Positions 19,542 to 29,757 are shown, counted from the stretch's first letter. The stretch: DNA of 64,000 bases from an uncultured Gammaproteobacteria bacterium (GCA_964394685.1 CAYMYO010000003.1:16218-80217); one strand, 5' to 3'. The notes: generated from the sequence alone by a model not told the origin. A program made the numbers and translations.

Positions 19542-19673
19542 TTGAAAGTACTATTTTTGCCACGCACGTGCGTATGAAATTAAGTACATTTTAATCTCGG
19601 ACCCACCCTCGGCCCGCTTCGCCGAATCGAGGCGAGCGAGGCAAGGCTTGTTGAGGCTGATTTGGTAGTGTAT
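19542..19673 (+). repeat. Direct repeat A, copy 2
   Basis: Matches 18612-18734; its last 27 bp recur at 21006-21032. Confidence 0.9.
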
Positions 19674-19707
19674 TTGCTTTCATTTTCTTAATTTGATATA
19701 TTTTAAT

Positions 19708-19752
19708 TAGATTAATTACTAGACCAATCATTAGACTAATAATTAGACCAAT
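19708..19752 (+). promoter_or_regulatory. Four TAGAYYAAT direct repeats with 12-bp period (candidate operator)
   Basis: Copies start at 19708, 19720, 19732 and 19744, immediately before the Fic ATG. Confidence 0.6.
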
Positions 19753-19755
19753 ATT

Positions 19756-20967
19756 ATGACAAATTCGAACGTAATTCGACCATTTTCAAATATATTTCTC
19801 TCTCAATTTTTGTTTGCTCCCGAACAACTTCCATTTACCAATGATGAAATCATGGAGTTTGATCAAACGCTTTCAACATACGAACAGATATTTCTAAATC
19901 CCGATATAGAAAGAACGCTTATTAGTAAGAATGAACTATTAGCGTCATTCGCTATTTCAAAAGCAGAAGCATCACAACTTACAATGAAAGAAGCACAAGA
20001 CGTATACGCGCTTTTGGTAGAGAATTCACAGTATGATTTTATTGGGAAAAAATTGCGGGAGAAAAAGAAATTGACTCAAAAAGATCATGATCAGCTTGAG
20101 TTTTTCAATATTGCAAAAACATTTCGCATGTTTTCTCAAAAGAATATGGTCATAGAAGATATAACTCCGTCATTTATTCAAGAAATACACAGGCAGGTAA
20201 CCCAAGGCATGGATATATTCAAAAATCATCTTTCTGACTTTACTATCTATAAATCTGGTTTATGGCGGGACAATGATGATATTCGAGTGGGAGCGTATAT
20301 TCCTGCACATTTTGGCGATATACAAAATGGCGTGGATGAGCTTCTTTTGTATTTAAAAAAGAATCAAACACCAACCGGAATAGCTGTTTTTCACACTGGT
20401 CTTTATGGACTGCATCCATTTAATAATGGAAATAAACGGGTATGTCGCATACTCGAACACATGCTTTTTCGAAGTATTGGATTGAATGAAAAAAACTTAT
20501 ATAGCACATCGTATTACTACCACATAGAGAAAACTCGATATTACAAATATCTGTTGTTTTCATTGGAACGAAAAAATTTGAATCATTTCGTTTCATTTAT
20601 GTTGGAATCACTCGTTTTTTCTATTGTGTCTGTGTTAAAAACGAGTATTGAAGTAAAACGGAATGAATTTTTTCAAAAACAACAGATCGAAGGCGTCGGG
20701 AAGACTGTTTTAAAACCTCTTCTCAAACGAAAAGAATTGCAATTTAAGCATCTTGCAAAATACGCGAGTGGAAAAGTAGCACGGCAAACGTTAGTAACAA
20801 CGCTTCAAAGCGCCGTTTCACAAGGAATATTGATTCGTCGAGAATCTGGAAAAACAACATATTATCGTTTGAACCTCTCGCTTCCAGAAGAGCAAACCTT
20901 GGAACAATGGTTACAAACTATTCGAGAGCGGCTATCCTATATCCCAGATGATATAGCACTAGCATAA
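19756..20967 (+). CDS. Fic family protein with C-terminal wHTH
   Basis: 'HPFNNGNKRVCR' Fic motif; C-terminal 'ARQTL...L...GIL.R..GKTTYY' winged helix. Confidence 0.88.
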   Translation: MTNSNVIRPFSNIFLSQFLFAPEQLPFTNDEIMEFDQTLSTYEQIFLNPDIERTLISKNELLASFAISKAEASQLTMKEAQDVYALLVENSQYDFIGKKLREKKKLTQKDHDQLEFFNIAKTFRMFSQKNMVIEDITPSFIQEIHRQVTQGMDIFKNHLSDFTIYKSGLWRDNDDIRVGAYIPAHFGDIQNGVDELLLYLKKNQTPTGIAVFHTGLYGLHPFNNGNKRVCRILEHMLFRSIGLNEKNLYSTSYYYHIEKTRYYKYLLFSLERKNLNHFVSFMLESLVFSIVSVLKTSIEVKRNEFFQKQQIEGVGKTVLKPLLKRKELQFKHLAKYASGKVARQTLVTTLQSAVSQGILIRRESGKTTYYRLNLSLPEEQTLEQWLQTIRERLSYIPDDIALA

Positions 20968-20973
20968 AAGCAC

Positions 20974-21032
20974 CTTGTCAGGATGTCACCCTGCCACGCC
21001 CGCATCTTGTTGAGGCTGATTTGGTAGTGTAT
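20974..21032 (+). repeat. Repeat B copy 2 joined to the 3' end of repeat A
   Basis: CTTGTCAGGATGTCACCCTGCCA at 20974 and CTTGTTGAGGCTGATTTGGTAGTGTAT at 21006. Confidence 0.9.
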
Positions 21033-21045
21033 ACTTTATGTATCT

Positions 21046-24000
21046 ATGAGCGAGAAGAAAGAAAATGTTTCAGAGATAGTTTCACGATGGATTGGTGCGA
21101 TTGCTGAGGCCGCTGATGCAAAAAAAAGCAAGATTACTCCAGACACGCTTGAAGCAAGAGTTCAAAAATTAGGAGAGACAAAACATACACCCGTTGAGAG
21201 CTTTGAAACTCGTATTCAAAGAGAGCAACGAGAGGCAAAGGAATTTACAGACGCGATTCAGTCGAATCAAAAAAATATTTCTTTAGTGATGGAACAATGG
21301 AAAGCATCAAACAAATACGAAGATCTATTGCCTTTAGATAAAGCAAAAAATAAATTAAAGACAGCATGGAGCTTGTCTAAAAATCAGCCGACGTGGTCAG
21401 GAATAAGCAGTCCAGAACAAATTGAGTATAGCGCCGCGGCCGCTGAATATCTATCAACAGTTGCGCTTTTACCACAAGAACTTGCAGAAGATCCGAATGT
21501 TTTTTTCCACGAAACCGCGAAATTTGCCGCATCCATGAGCAGTGATCCTTTGGCTCGGGAAGAAGAATTAAAAATACTTAACCAGGCAATTATTCATCAA
21601 GAAAAATTAAAAGGTTTTACTTTAAGTAAAGAAGACACCATTTACACCCTTCGCGGATTTGTTCTGTATGACAAAGAACTAGATGGTGACATTTTAGATC
21701 CGGTTAACCAAGTTGAAGCAAAGAATTTTCTTACGGAAATACAAGGGAGAATTGAAACGAGAAAAACAGGTGGCATTTCTGCTCAAGACGAGGCAATGTA
21801 TTTAAAACGACAAGGAGATACCATTGCCGCAAGTGATTATTACGTCATAGATAATATCCATCCGTCGCAGAAATATCAAATTAAGGATAAAAAAGTTCTA
21901 GAACCATTCGAAAGAAGAATTAATCGTCGAGTTGCAGAATTGACAGAAATAAATAAAGCACAGCGTCAAGCAGAATATCAATCACGCACATTTGAAGGAG
22001 CAGAATTTAATACCCCAGAGGAGTTAAAAAAAGGAATCGAAGCTCATTTTCTGAGATTTGAAGCTCCAACCGAGGAAATAAAAGAGAAAATGCTACGTCT
22101 GAGTCCAGAAGACCAGGAAAAATTTAAAAAAGAAATAATAAAAGGGATACGAAAAACTGTTGAGAGGTTGGAAAATAATCCCGAAAATTGGCGTATTGGC
22201 GGTATAGAGCCACTTCCAAGATCATTGATGTCTTGGATGCTTATTTTAGAAGATATGGGAGACCATAAATTATATGAAAAGATACATATAGAGACAGAAG
22301 CAAGATCCTGCCAGCATGTGATATATGAAACTTTAAAAAAGGGTGGTTCGCCAAGTGATATGAAAGATTTTCAAAAAGTTCAAGGTGATTTTGATAAAAT
22401 GGAGTTTCAAGAAGCAATAACTCATATTCCAGGTATGGCCAAGACACAAATGTTACTTGATGAACGATATGAAAGAGTTATTAAGGGCGAATTAAATCCA
22501 GTAGAAAAACAAAAAGTAAAAGATGAAATCCTAACAATATTACGAGACGACAAAACAATTTGTGATACAGAACACACAGGGATAACACCAGAAGCAGCAC
22601 TTGAGCTGGCTACCCGACACTATTTTGAACAAGGTAGGGATGGATTTAAGTATAGGGAATACATTCGTAAACATCATCTCCTTGGGACAACAAAAGATAA
22701 ACATGGAAATACAATTTGGGTTGTTGATCCGAATGCTCCGCTTAAATGGGATCCATATCGTTTATTATATTGTCCTGAGGCAATGCCAGCGTTTTTTAAA
22801 TTTGGTTCTAGTCAAGCTGGAGATGTTAGTAAGCTAACATTGCCAAATGGTAAGACAATTGAGGCAGTATTCGCTCAAGGAGTTGGAGCAGATTTTTATA
22901 AAAGTCTACTGGATCACGGATTTGATTTAAAAGTTACTGACTATGTTTCTCGGAGAAGAGATTATGAACTAGAAGCATGGATTTCAGAACAATTAGATAC
23001 GAAACAGGAACGCGGAGGAAGTAGTCAAGTGATTTGGGAATTAGGGTCGTTAAAAAGAGATGAACGAGGAGAAGATTCCATAGAATGGAATGCACTTCAA
23101 AGAGAAATAATGACTAATGATCCAACATTAGGAGAGCTTCGCTCTTTTCAAAGACAAGAAATCCGTTTGAGTTATAATATCAAATTTGCAGATGAGTTTG
23201 GTGTGAATGTATGGTCAGCATATTCAGAAAATGAAAAAAATTATCTTCAAAACGTTCAGACTTTGCGCACTAAAGCGTCAAATCAAGGTAGAACAGATAT
23301 TGTCCAGGAGCTTGATGCATTAAAGGATAGATATACAGCTACTCTTGCCAGAGCACGAGAAATTAATGATAAGTTTAAGAAAGACGTTTGTGAGAAAAAC
23401 GGTATAAAACTAGAAGAATACGAGTTCGTCTATGGAGATTTTTTTCCGTCGTTAGCTAAATTTGACGAAAGTAAAATTCCATGGATGAGAGTAGGAAGAC
23501 TTCAGGAAAACAAAAGAGGTAACTATAGAGACCATATAAACGCACTTACCCCAATGCAACAGGTGGCTGACTGCGCCATATATCCATCAGAAGAGAATAT
23601 TTTGAAAGTAGATCATAAAGCTATGTGTGGATATACAACGCTAACAAACGCACAAAAACATTTGATGTACCCCGTTTTGCAAGCATATATAGATGTTCAA
23701 AGAGGGAAAGGACCATTTGGGTCTGAAGTGACAAGTCTTTTGGAAGTAGGGAAAAGTAAAGTTGCAAAAGCATATGATCAAAAATCCAAGACTGATTTGG
23801 ATATATATAAGATTGTTCGTCAGCTTGTTGCCAAGGGAGCTTTATCTCGGGATGTAGCATATAAGATTAGAGGAGGATTTGCCGGTCGTGTTAGAGATAA
23901 AATACTTGAATACGCTGACCCTGCGAGTTTGGTTATTTTGCTTGGAGCTATAGTTCAGGAAGAAGCGAAAAAAACACAAAAGGATTTAGAAAAAGGTTAA
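21046..24000 (+). CDS. Large hypothetical charged alpha-helical protein
   Basis: 984-aa ORF, Glu/Lys-rich, no motif I recognise. Confidence 0.7.
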   Translation: MSEKKENVSEIVSRWIGAIAEAADAKKSKITPDTLEARVQKLGETKHTPVESFETRIQREQREAKEFTDAIQSNQKNISLVMEQWKASNKYEDLLPLDKAKNKLKTAWSLSKNQPTWSGISSPEQIEYSAAAAEYLSTVALLPQELAEDPNVFFHETAKFAASMSSDPLAREEELKILNQAIIHQEKLKGFTLSKEDTIYTLRGFVLYDKELDGDILDPVNQVEAKNFLTEIQGRIETRKTGGISAQDEAMYLKRQGDTIAASDYYVIDNIHPSQKYQIKDKKVLEPFERRINRRVAELTEINKAQRQAEYQSRTFEGAEFNTPEELKKGIEAHFLRFEAPTEEIKEKMLRLSPEDQEKFKKEIIKGIRKTVERLENNPENWRIGGIEPLPRSLMSWMLILEDMGDHKLYEKIHIETEARSCQHVIYETLKKGGSPSDMKDFQKVQGDFDKMEFQEAITHIPGMAKTQMLLDERYERVIKGELNPVEKQKVKDEILTILRDDKTICDTEHTGITPEAALELATRHYFEQGRDGFKYREYIRKHHLLGTTKDKHGNTIWVVDPNAPLKWDPYRLLYCPEAMPAFFKFGSSQAGDVSKLTLPNGKTIEAVFAQGVGADFYKSLLDHGFDLKVTDYVSRRRDYELEAWISEQLDTKQERGGSSQVIWELGSLKRDERGEDSIEWNALQREIMTNDPTLGELRSFQRQEIRLSYNIKFADEFGVNVWSAYSENEKNYLQNVQTLRTKASNQGRTDIVQELDALKDRYTATLARAREINDKFKKDVCEKNGIKLEEYEFVYGDFFPSLAKFDESKIPWMRVGRLQENKRGNYRDHINALTPMQQVADCAIYPSEENILKVDHKAMCGYTTLTNAQKHLMYPVLQAYIDVQRGKGPFGSEVTSLLEVGKSKVAKAYDQKSKTDLDIYKIVRQLVAKGALSRDVAYKIRGGFAGRVRDKILEYADPASLVILLGAIVQEEAKKTQKDLEKG

Positions 24001-24021
24001 CTCCTTGATTTTTCTGGCTAT

Positions 24022-25401
24022 TTATTTTCCTGCCTCTGGTTGTTTATTTTTATCCGCATTTGTCCATTCTTTTCCTCTCATGAGGCCTTCCATCTGTCTT
24101 TTGCCCATATAGTATTGAATGCCCATTTGTGTTGCGGTGCCGACAATACCCATTGCTCCTCCACCCATTGACACCATTGGTTTTACTTTCAGCGCGTCTT
24201 TGAGAGATTTCACAATTGATGGTATAGATAAAGAGAGACCTAGACCAATAAGCGCTGCTATTCCATTACCACCCATGCCAAGAAGAGGAGGTGTCCATAC
24301 CTGGGTTGTGCTATTGACTAAAATAACACTGATCATTAAAAGAATTGCGGTGATGGGGAAAACAATAATGTTTGAAAAAAGATTTTTTATCCAAGATTCA
24401 AACGATTTAGAACCGGGAATTGCCTCTAAAAGCAACTGAAGCGGTGATGTTAGAAGTCCAATGATGATTTGAACATATGCATTGATAAGCATAAAAAAAA
24501 TTCGAAGTGCGGCAAATAAATAGGCAATAGCAAGAAAGACTATTAATAAAATACTAGCTATTGCTCCACCTAAAAGATAACCATATGCGTTTCCTTCGTT
24601 CATTCCCAAGAAACTTAATAATTCACCAAAACCAGCATATCCTCCAAATAACCCTTTCCACACAGCTCCAAACCCACTTGTTGTATATTGACTTAACACA
24701 TCGGTTTTAAATATACCGGGAGAAGCAGAATTGAGAAGTTGGATAATAATAACGAGAAATACATACATCAAATCGATCATGAGGCCGACGATTGCGTAGG
24801 AGAAGGTGATTAATAAAAGAGCGATAACGATGCGGGGGAGGGCGTTTTGGACGGAGACGACGGTTTTTGGATCGATTTTTTTCCGAAACATCACCATAAA
24901 TCCGATGACGATCATGACAATGGCAAGCAGGAAATACGCCATATTGCGGAACACTTTCCATATGGGAAGAAGAGCGGATAAGCCACTGAACCCCACTCCT
25001 TGTGCGTACGCGGATTTTGGAATAAATCCAAGTGTTTGCCCCATGTCTTGAACAAATGCATAGGTTGACGCCGGAGGATTGAGATACATGGCAGTGATAT
25101 ATGAGGATAAATTATAGATTGCGCTCTGTGCGAGCATTTGTTTAGCAATAGCAGAATCCATAGATTTAACAGTTATGCCCGGAACGGCACCCAAAATTTT
25201 TCGTATAAGTTCTACCTCAGAACCTGAACCTACATTCGCCACATGTCCAAGAGAATTTACTCCTCCGCTATATATGTCCTCATAGCTTTCTGGAAACCCC
25301 TGATCGGGCCAAAAGCTTGGTGCTTCTGCATAGACAGGAGTAACACGTGGTAGTGCAAAAGAAATAACAAGCGCGAGAAGCAAAATGACTATTTTCTTCA
25401 T
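24022..25401 (-). CDS. VirB6/TrbL-like polytopic T4SS membrane protein
   Basis: Signal peptide, 'W..FRN.AY...GFMVMFR', 'LLITFSYAI.GLMIDL', many TM helices; lies downstream of the pilin array. Confidence 0.7.
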   Translation of the reverse strand: MKKIVILLLALVISFALPRVTPVYAEAPSFWPDQGFPESYEDIYSGGVNSLGHVANVGSGSEVELIRKILGAVPGITVKSMDSAIAKQMLAQSAIYNLSSYITAMYLNPPASTYAFVQDMGQTLGFIPKSAYAQGVGFSGLSALLPIWKVFRNMAYFLLAIVMIVIGFMVMFRKKIDPKTVVSVQNALPRIVIALLLITFSYAIVGLMIDLMYVFLVIIIQLLNSASPGIFKTDVLSQYTTSGFGAVWKGLFGGYAGFGELLSFLGMNEGNAYGYLLGGAIASILLIVFLAIAYLFAALRIFFMLINAYVQIIIGLLTSPLQLLLEAIPGSKSFESWIKNLFSNIIVFPITAILLMISVILVNSTTQVWTPPLLGMGGNGIAALIGLGLSLSIPSIVKSLKDALKVKPMVSMGGGAMGIVGTATQMGIQYYMGKRQMEGLMRGKEWTNADKNKQPEAGK

Positions 25402-25522
25402 ACTGGTATTATGTTCAAAAATGGCAAGATAATCAAGGAGGGAGATTGCCGGTCGCCAAGTTGTCTTTTAGTCGGGCCAAAGTACTACTTGACTTATATA
25501 ATAGTCGTGTTAAAATACACCT

Positions 25523-26761
25523 ATGTTCATCAAAAGAACGATTTTTCATGAAGTTCAAAAACATCTTAATAGTCAGGAAATAACCCTTATTGTTGGGCCT
25601 CGTCAGGCTGGGAAAACGACTCTCATGGAAATGCTTCGCGACGACCTAGAAAAGCAAGGTAAAAAAACATTATTTCTTAATTTAGATTTTGAATCTGATC
25701 GGCCGTTTTTCGAATCTCAAGATCGATTAATTCAGCGGATTGTTTATGCAATCGGAAACGATCGCGGATATATATTTATTGATGAAATTCAACGGAAAGA
25801 AAATGCAGGATTATTTTTGAAGGGTCTCTACGACATGAAATTACCGTATAAATTTATTGTGTCCGGATCCGGAAGCATCGAACTCAAGGAAAAAATTCAT
25901 GAATCTCTTTTTGGGAGAAAACGGATATTTGAACTTACAACATTGAGCTTTGAAGAATTTATTGGATATAAGACGAAAGATTCTGATTTTTCATCGTTTT
26001 TCACATTATATAAAGAGAAAGGAATACAATATTTGGAGGAATATCTAAATTTCGGTGGGTATCCAAAAGTAGTTCTTTCGCCAACGATTGCAGAAAAACG
26101 TGCGGTTATTGCTGATATTTATCAAAGCTTTTTAGAAAAAGATATTGCCATTCTTCTTGGTATTCAAAAAACGGAAAGTTTTACTCAACTCGTGCGTCTT
26201 CTTGCTTCTCAAGTGGGGAAGCTGGTTAATGTAACGGAATTATCAAATACGTTGGGTATGTCCCAACAGACGATCAAAGACTATCTTTGGTATTTAGAAA
26301 AAACATATTGTGTTCATAAGGTAACGCCCTATTTTAAAAACGTGCGCAAAGAAATTACGAAAGCGCCTTTGTACTATTTCACTGATTTAGGGCTAAAAAA
26401 TTATGCCGCAAATACATTTGGTATCGCCACAACATCTCGGGACGGATTTTTATTTGAAAATTTTGTGTATAATGTGTTGGAAAAAAATGAAAAACTTACT
26501 TCAACAACAATTCATTTTTGGAGAACACGTGACGGCGCTGAAGTGGATTTTGTTGTAAACATCGGACAAGAGCAAATTCCTGTCGAAGTAAAATACTCAC
26601 GGTTGAAATCATTGGAAATTACCCGTTCATTCCGTTCGTTTTTGAGTAAATATAACCCACAAATTGGTTATATTGTTCATTTAGGTGATTCATTTGAAGC
26701 AACTATTGAAAAAACGACAGTGTCTTGTGTTCCGTTTTTTAATATTCCAACATTTAGTTAA
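25523..26761 (+). CDS. AAA+ ATPase (AAA_14 + DUF4143)
   Basis: 'GPRQAGKTT', 'IDEIQ', 'SGS', 'GGYP', 'EVDFV...PVEVK'. Confidence 0.88.
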   Translation: MFIKRTIFHEVQKHLNSQEITLIVGPRQAGKTTLMEMLRDDLEKQGKKTLFLNLDFESDRPFFESQDRLIQRIVYAIGNDRGYIFIDEIQRKENAGLFLKGLYDMKLPYKFIVSGSGSIELKEKIHESLFGRKRIFELTTLSFEEFIGYKTKDSDFSSFFTLYKEKGIQYLEEYLNFGGYPKVVLSPTIAEKRAVIADIYQSFLEKDIAILLGIQKTESFTQLVRLLASQVGKLVNVTELSNTLGMSQQTIKDYLWYLEKTYCVHKVTPYFKNVRKEITKAPLYYFTDLGLKNYAANTFGIATTSRDGFLFENFVYNVLEKNEKLTSTTIHFWRTRDGAEVDFVVNIGQEQIPVEVKYSRLKSLEITRSFRSFLSKYNPQIGYIVHLGDSFEATIEKTTVSCVPFFNIPTFS

Positions 26762-26816
26762 TCTATTAAATTTGGATACCGAAGGTTGTGATGTTAACGC
26801 CGGAATAGGAAGATAA

Positions 26817-27164
26817 TCAAGGAGTAGGTATTTCAATGCCGAATGTTGTGACGGTAACTCCTGTGAACTTTTCAATAAGAAGGAGAATGAGGTAACTACT
26901 GACGAGAACCAATAGTCCTGCAAACGCGCCGGTGAGCGTTCCTTTTGCTTTTTCAAGCTTTTTCTGATCTCCTCCTGAAAAAAGAAAAGAAAATCCGCCA
27001 ACCAGTAACATAACGAAAAGAACCACTCCGGAAAACATCACAATGGCCTTAATGATATTAGTAATAAGCATTGTCAGAGAGCCAATGGTTGCTACATCAG
27101 CAACTGCATCAGTACCAGATTTCTGTAATGCTCCCCAGGTTGGAGCCTGTGCAAGTAATGACAT
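26817..27164 (-). CDS. VirB2/TrbC-like pilin
   Basis: Two TM helices around 'GGFSFLFSGGDQKKLEKAKGTLT.A..GL'. Confidence 0.8.
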   Translation of the reverse strand: MSLLAQAPTWGALQKSGTDAVADVATIGSLTMLITNIIKAIVMFSGVVLFVMLLVGGFSFLFSGGDQKKLEKAKGTLTGAFAGLLVLVSSYLILLLIEKFTGVTVTTFGIEIPTP

Positions 27165-27168
27165 TTTT

Positions 27169-27498
27169 TTAATATGGCCTTGGAAGATTAATTCCTTGCG
27201 AACCAATGACGTTGATACCTAGGAAATTCTGAACCAATGCCATGACTGCCCATGCGGCGCCGACGATAATAAGACCAACAATAGCATGCGTTATCTTGTT
27301 TCTTGCTGTTTCCATGTGCGTTTTATCTCCACCAGAGGTGATCCACTGGATGCCTCCAAGAATAAGATATAAAAACGCCATGAGTGCAGCGAGTATGAGA
27401 AGCGTGCCGACGATAGCGCTAATAAGCATTCCAACATCAGTAATTTTTACACCCGGTGGTTGTGCGACCGTTAAATCAGCTGCAAATATTTTAAACAT
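27169..27498 (-). CDS. VirB2/TrbC-like pilin
   Basis: 'GGIQWITSGGDK...TARNKITHAIVGL'. Confidence 0.82.
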   Translation of the reverse strand: MFKIFAADLTVAQPPGVKITDVGMLISAIVGTLLILAALMAFLYLILGGIQWITSGGDKTHMETARNKITHAIVGLIIVGAAWAVMALVQNFLGINVIGSQGINLPRPY

Positions 27499-27547
27499 AC
27501 GTCACCTCCTCATGGTTACTACTTTTTATATTATACGGTACTTTTTA

Positions 27548-27907
27548 CTATTGAGCAATCGTTCCGCCAAAAGACGGAATTCTAAGAGCCTTCACATTAA
27601 GTCCAAAAAATTGTCCGACAAGAGCAAAAATAGCGTAGGCCGCTGCCACAATAACAAGCCCAACAAGCGCATTGGTAATTTTATCTTTTGCCGTTTCGAG
27701 TTTTGATTTGTCTCCGGATGATGTTATCCACGATAGACCTCCAGTAAGGAGATAGAGAAAAGTGAGAAGAAATGCAAAAAGAAAGAATAATCCGCCGATA
27801 TTTGATATAAGCATGCCGATAATCGTTGCACCTTGTTCTTTTGGTCCGGAGCCAAGAATTGGAGGAAGGACAGGGTTAGTTAGATCAGCGAGTAATTTTT
27901 GTTCCAT
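27548..27907 (-). CDS. VirB2/TrbC-like pilin
   Basis: 'GGLSWITSSGDKSKLETAKDKITNALVGL'. Confidence 0.82.
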   Translation of the reverse strand: MEQKLLADLTNPVLPPILGSGPKEQGATIIGMLISNIGGLFFLFAFLLTFLYLLTGGLSWITSSGDKSKLETAKDKITNALVGLVIVAAAYAIFALVGQFFGLNVKALRIPSFGGTIAQ

Positions 27908-27909
27908 AG

Positions 27910-28287
27910 TTATTTAAATTTAATTGTATGAATGACAGAGTCAGGCATTAAAATATTTTCCCACCCAAAAAATTCACCTGCTAAGGCAAGAACCGCCCAA
28001 CCGGCCACAACAATGACAAGTCCCACAAATGCATTGGTGAGTTTATCCCGTGCTTGTGTGAGTTTTGTTTTATCTCCTCCAGCGGTAATCCAGGAGATGC
28101 CTCCGGTGATAAATGTTATAAAAAACCAAAATGCTGCCACAACGGTCATGAGTCCAATCACAGCTGATAATGCGCCAGTGAGTTTCCCCATTGCTGTTAA
28201 AGGATTATTTAGCCCAGCTGCGGTTGGATTGCCGAATGGCCCCAATCCTTCAATGTTGCCCAATGGTGTTCCTGTTATTTGTGGCAT
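27910..28287 (-). CDS. VirB2/TrbC-like pilin
   Basis: 'GGISWITAGGDKTKLTQARDKLTNAFVGL'. Confidence 0.82.
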   Translation of the reverse strand: MPQITGTPLGNIEGLGPFGNPTAAGLNNPLTAMGKLTGALSAVIGLMTVVAAFWFFITFITGGISWITAGGDKTKLTQARDKLTNAFVGLVIVVAGWAVLALAGEFFGWENILMPDSVIHTIKFK

Positions 28288-28291
28288 AGCA

Positions 28292-28648
28292 TTATTTTGG
28301 CCCGTAAATAACGGGACTAAGCATAAACATCGGATTTCCAAAGAGTATGTAGCCAAATATGGCTGTCAGGACAAATGATCCGGCGATGATGGCAAGTCCC
28401 AGAAGTGTTTGCCATATTCTACTCCATGCGCTTGTTAGTTTTTTTGCATCTCCTGCAGCGGTCATATATTCAAAACCAGCAATGATGATATTTACGAGTG
28501 CGTACATACCGGCCACAACAAAAATAAGCCGCAGGATATTTGAAAAAAAGGCAGTAAGCCCTCCACCCTCTACACCACCATAGAGGTTCAATGGATTCTT
28601 AATTTCCCCGACAATAGAATCAGCCGCAAAAATTTTTTCTAGTATCAT
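28292..28648 (-). CDS. VirB2/TrbC-like pilin
   Basis: 'AGFEYMTAAGDAKKLTSAW..I....LGL'. Confidence 0.82.
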   Translation of the reverse strand: MILEKIFAADSIVGEIKNPLNLYGGVEGGGLTAFFSNILRLIFVVAGMYALVNIIIAGFEYMTAAGDAKKLTSAWSRIWQTLLGLAIIAGSFVLTAIFGYILFGNPMFMLSPVIYGPK

Positions 28649-28938
28649 AAAAAAGTCGGTTTGAGAATGTCAATACCAGTAATAATTTCAATAATTTGAA
28701 TGATCCAATACGCTGCAATAATCAATATTAGTCCGGTGAGTGCGCTGGTAATAGTGTTTTTCCCTTTTTCCTTGGCTTTTGCATCTCCTCCTGCTGATAC
28801 TATAAAGCTAAATCCGCCTAAAATCAATAAAACAAGGCATATGACCCCGGCAATAGTCAGCGCATTTTTAAGAAGTATGTTAACAAGAGTACTAATAGAG
28901 GTGATGGATGTTGACGGAGCAAGATCTTTTAAGTCCAT
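28645..28938 (-). CDS. VirB2/TrbC-like pilin
   Basis: 'GGFSFIVSAGGDAKAKEKGKNTITSALTGL'. Confidence 0.82.
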   Translation of the reverse strand: MDLKDLAPSTSITSISTLVNILLKNALTIAGVICLVLLILGGFSFIVSAGGDAKAKEKGKNTITSALTGLILIIAAYWIIQIIEIITGIDILKPTFL

Positions 28939-28996
28939 ATAAAAAGTGTACGAAAAACAAGTAGCAAATACAAGGCTGAGTTTGTATAATAGCACT

Positions 28997-29509
28997 ATGT
29001 TTCTTCGTGATAAACAGACAGCCGCAAAATTTTACCAAACATATAGACCAAAACTGTTGGCTTTTGTGCGGTCTAAAATTACCAATCCTCATGAAGCAGA
29101 AGACGTTGTGCAGGATACTTTATTTGCGTTTCTTGAGGCAATCCGTGATTTTCATGGAAACTGTCGGATATCTACATACCTTTTTTCCATTTGCAGACAT
29201 AAAGTAATAGATTATTATAGGAAGAAAAAAATAAAACAGATTGTATTTTCTCATGCTTCGGAAATAGAAGACGTATTATCACCGCTTTTGAGTCCGGAAG
29301 AAACATTAGACGCAGTTTTACTGAAAGAAAAGCTTCATAAAACACTTCAAAAATTGTTGCCTCAATATACGTATATTCTTCAAGCGCGATATATTCTTAA
29401 TATGTCTGTCGCTGATATCGCAAAAAAACTGGCTACCACGCTCAAAAGCGCAGAAATGACCTTGTTTCGGGCACGAAAAGCATTTATACAAACGTATGAA
29501 AAAGAATAA
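28997..29509 (+). CDS. ECF-type sigma-70 factor
   Basis: 'AEDVVQDTL', 'STYLFSICRHKVIDYYR' (region 2) and 'IAKKL...LFRAR' (region 4). Confidence 0.88.
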   Translation: MFLRDKQTAAKFYQTYRPKLLAFVRSKITNPHEAEDVVQDTLFAFLEAIRDFHGNCRISTYLFSICRHKVIDYYRKKKIKQIVFSHASEIEDVLSPLLSPEETLDAVLLKEKLHKTLQKLLPQYTYILQARYILNMSVADIAKKLATTLKSAEMTLFRARKAFIQTYEKE

Positions 29510-29726
29510 TAAGCAAGCGTTTTTGAACAGGTGGCAGGAGACGACTGAAATTCCTGTGCAAACCATTGGACCCTTTACTCCGTATTACAAAGAAGTGACA
29601 AAGCGATTAAAAACAATGCCATTTCCATTATTAATTGCAGTATCCATTATAATCGTGGGATTGCTGGTATACTTGCTTGGGTCTTCTGTAACCAGACTCG
29701 TGTCCTTATTACAACGAGGGTTTTAA
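29496..29726 (+). CDS. Small single-TM protein (candidate anti-sigma)
   Basis: Overlaps the sigma gene; one C-terminal TM helix. Confidence 0.55.
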   Translation: MKKNNKQAFLNRWQETTEIPVQTIGPFTPYYKEVTKRLKTMPFPLLIAVSIIIVGLLVYLLGSSVTRLVSLLQRGF

Positions 29727-29757
29727 GCTCCTCATACGACTAATTTATACTACCCTT

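Noticed and set aside
18612-21032. CRISPR array or classical integron
   Set aside because: The repeats are long, few and separated by whole genes; no cas or intI gene and no clear attC boxes.
26690-28942. Plus-strand and alternative-frame ORFs over the pilin array
   Set aside because: They are antisense or off-frame shadows of the pilin genes, with no motifs of their own.
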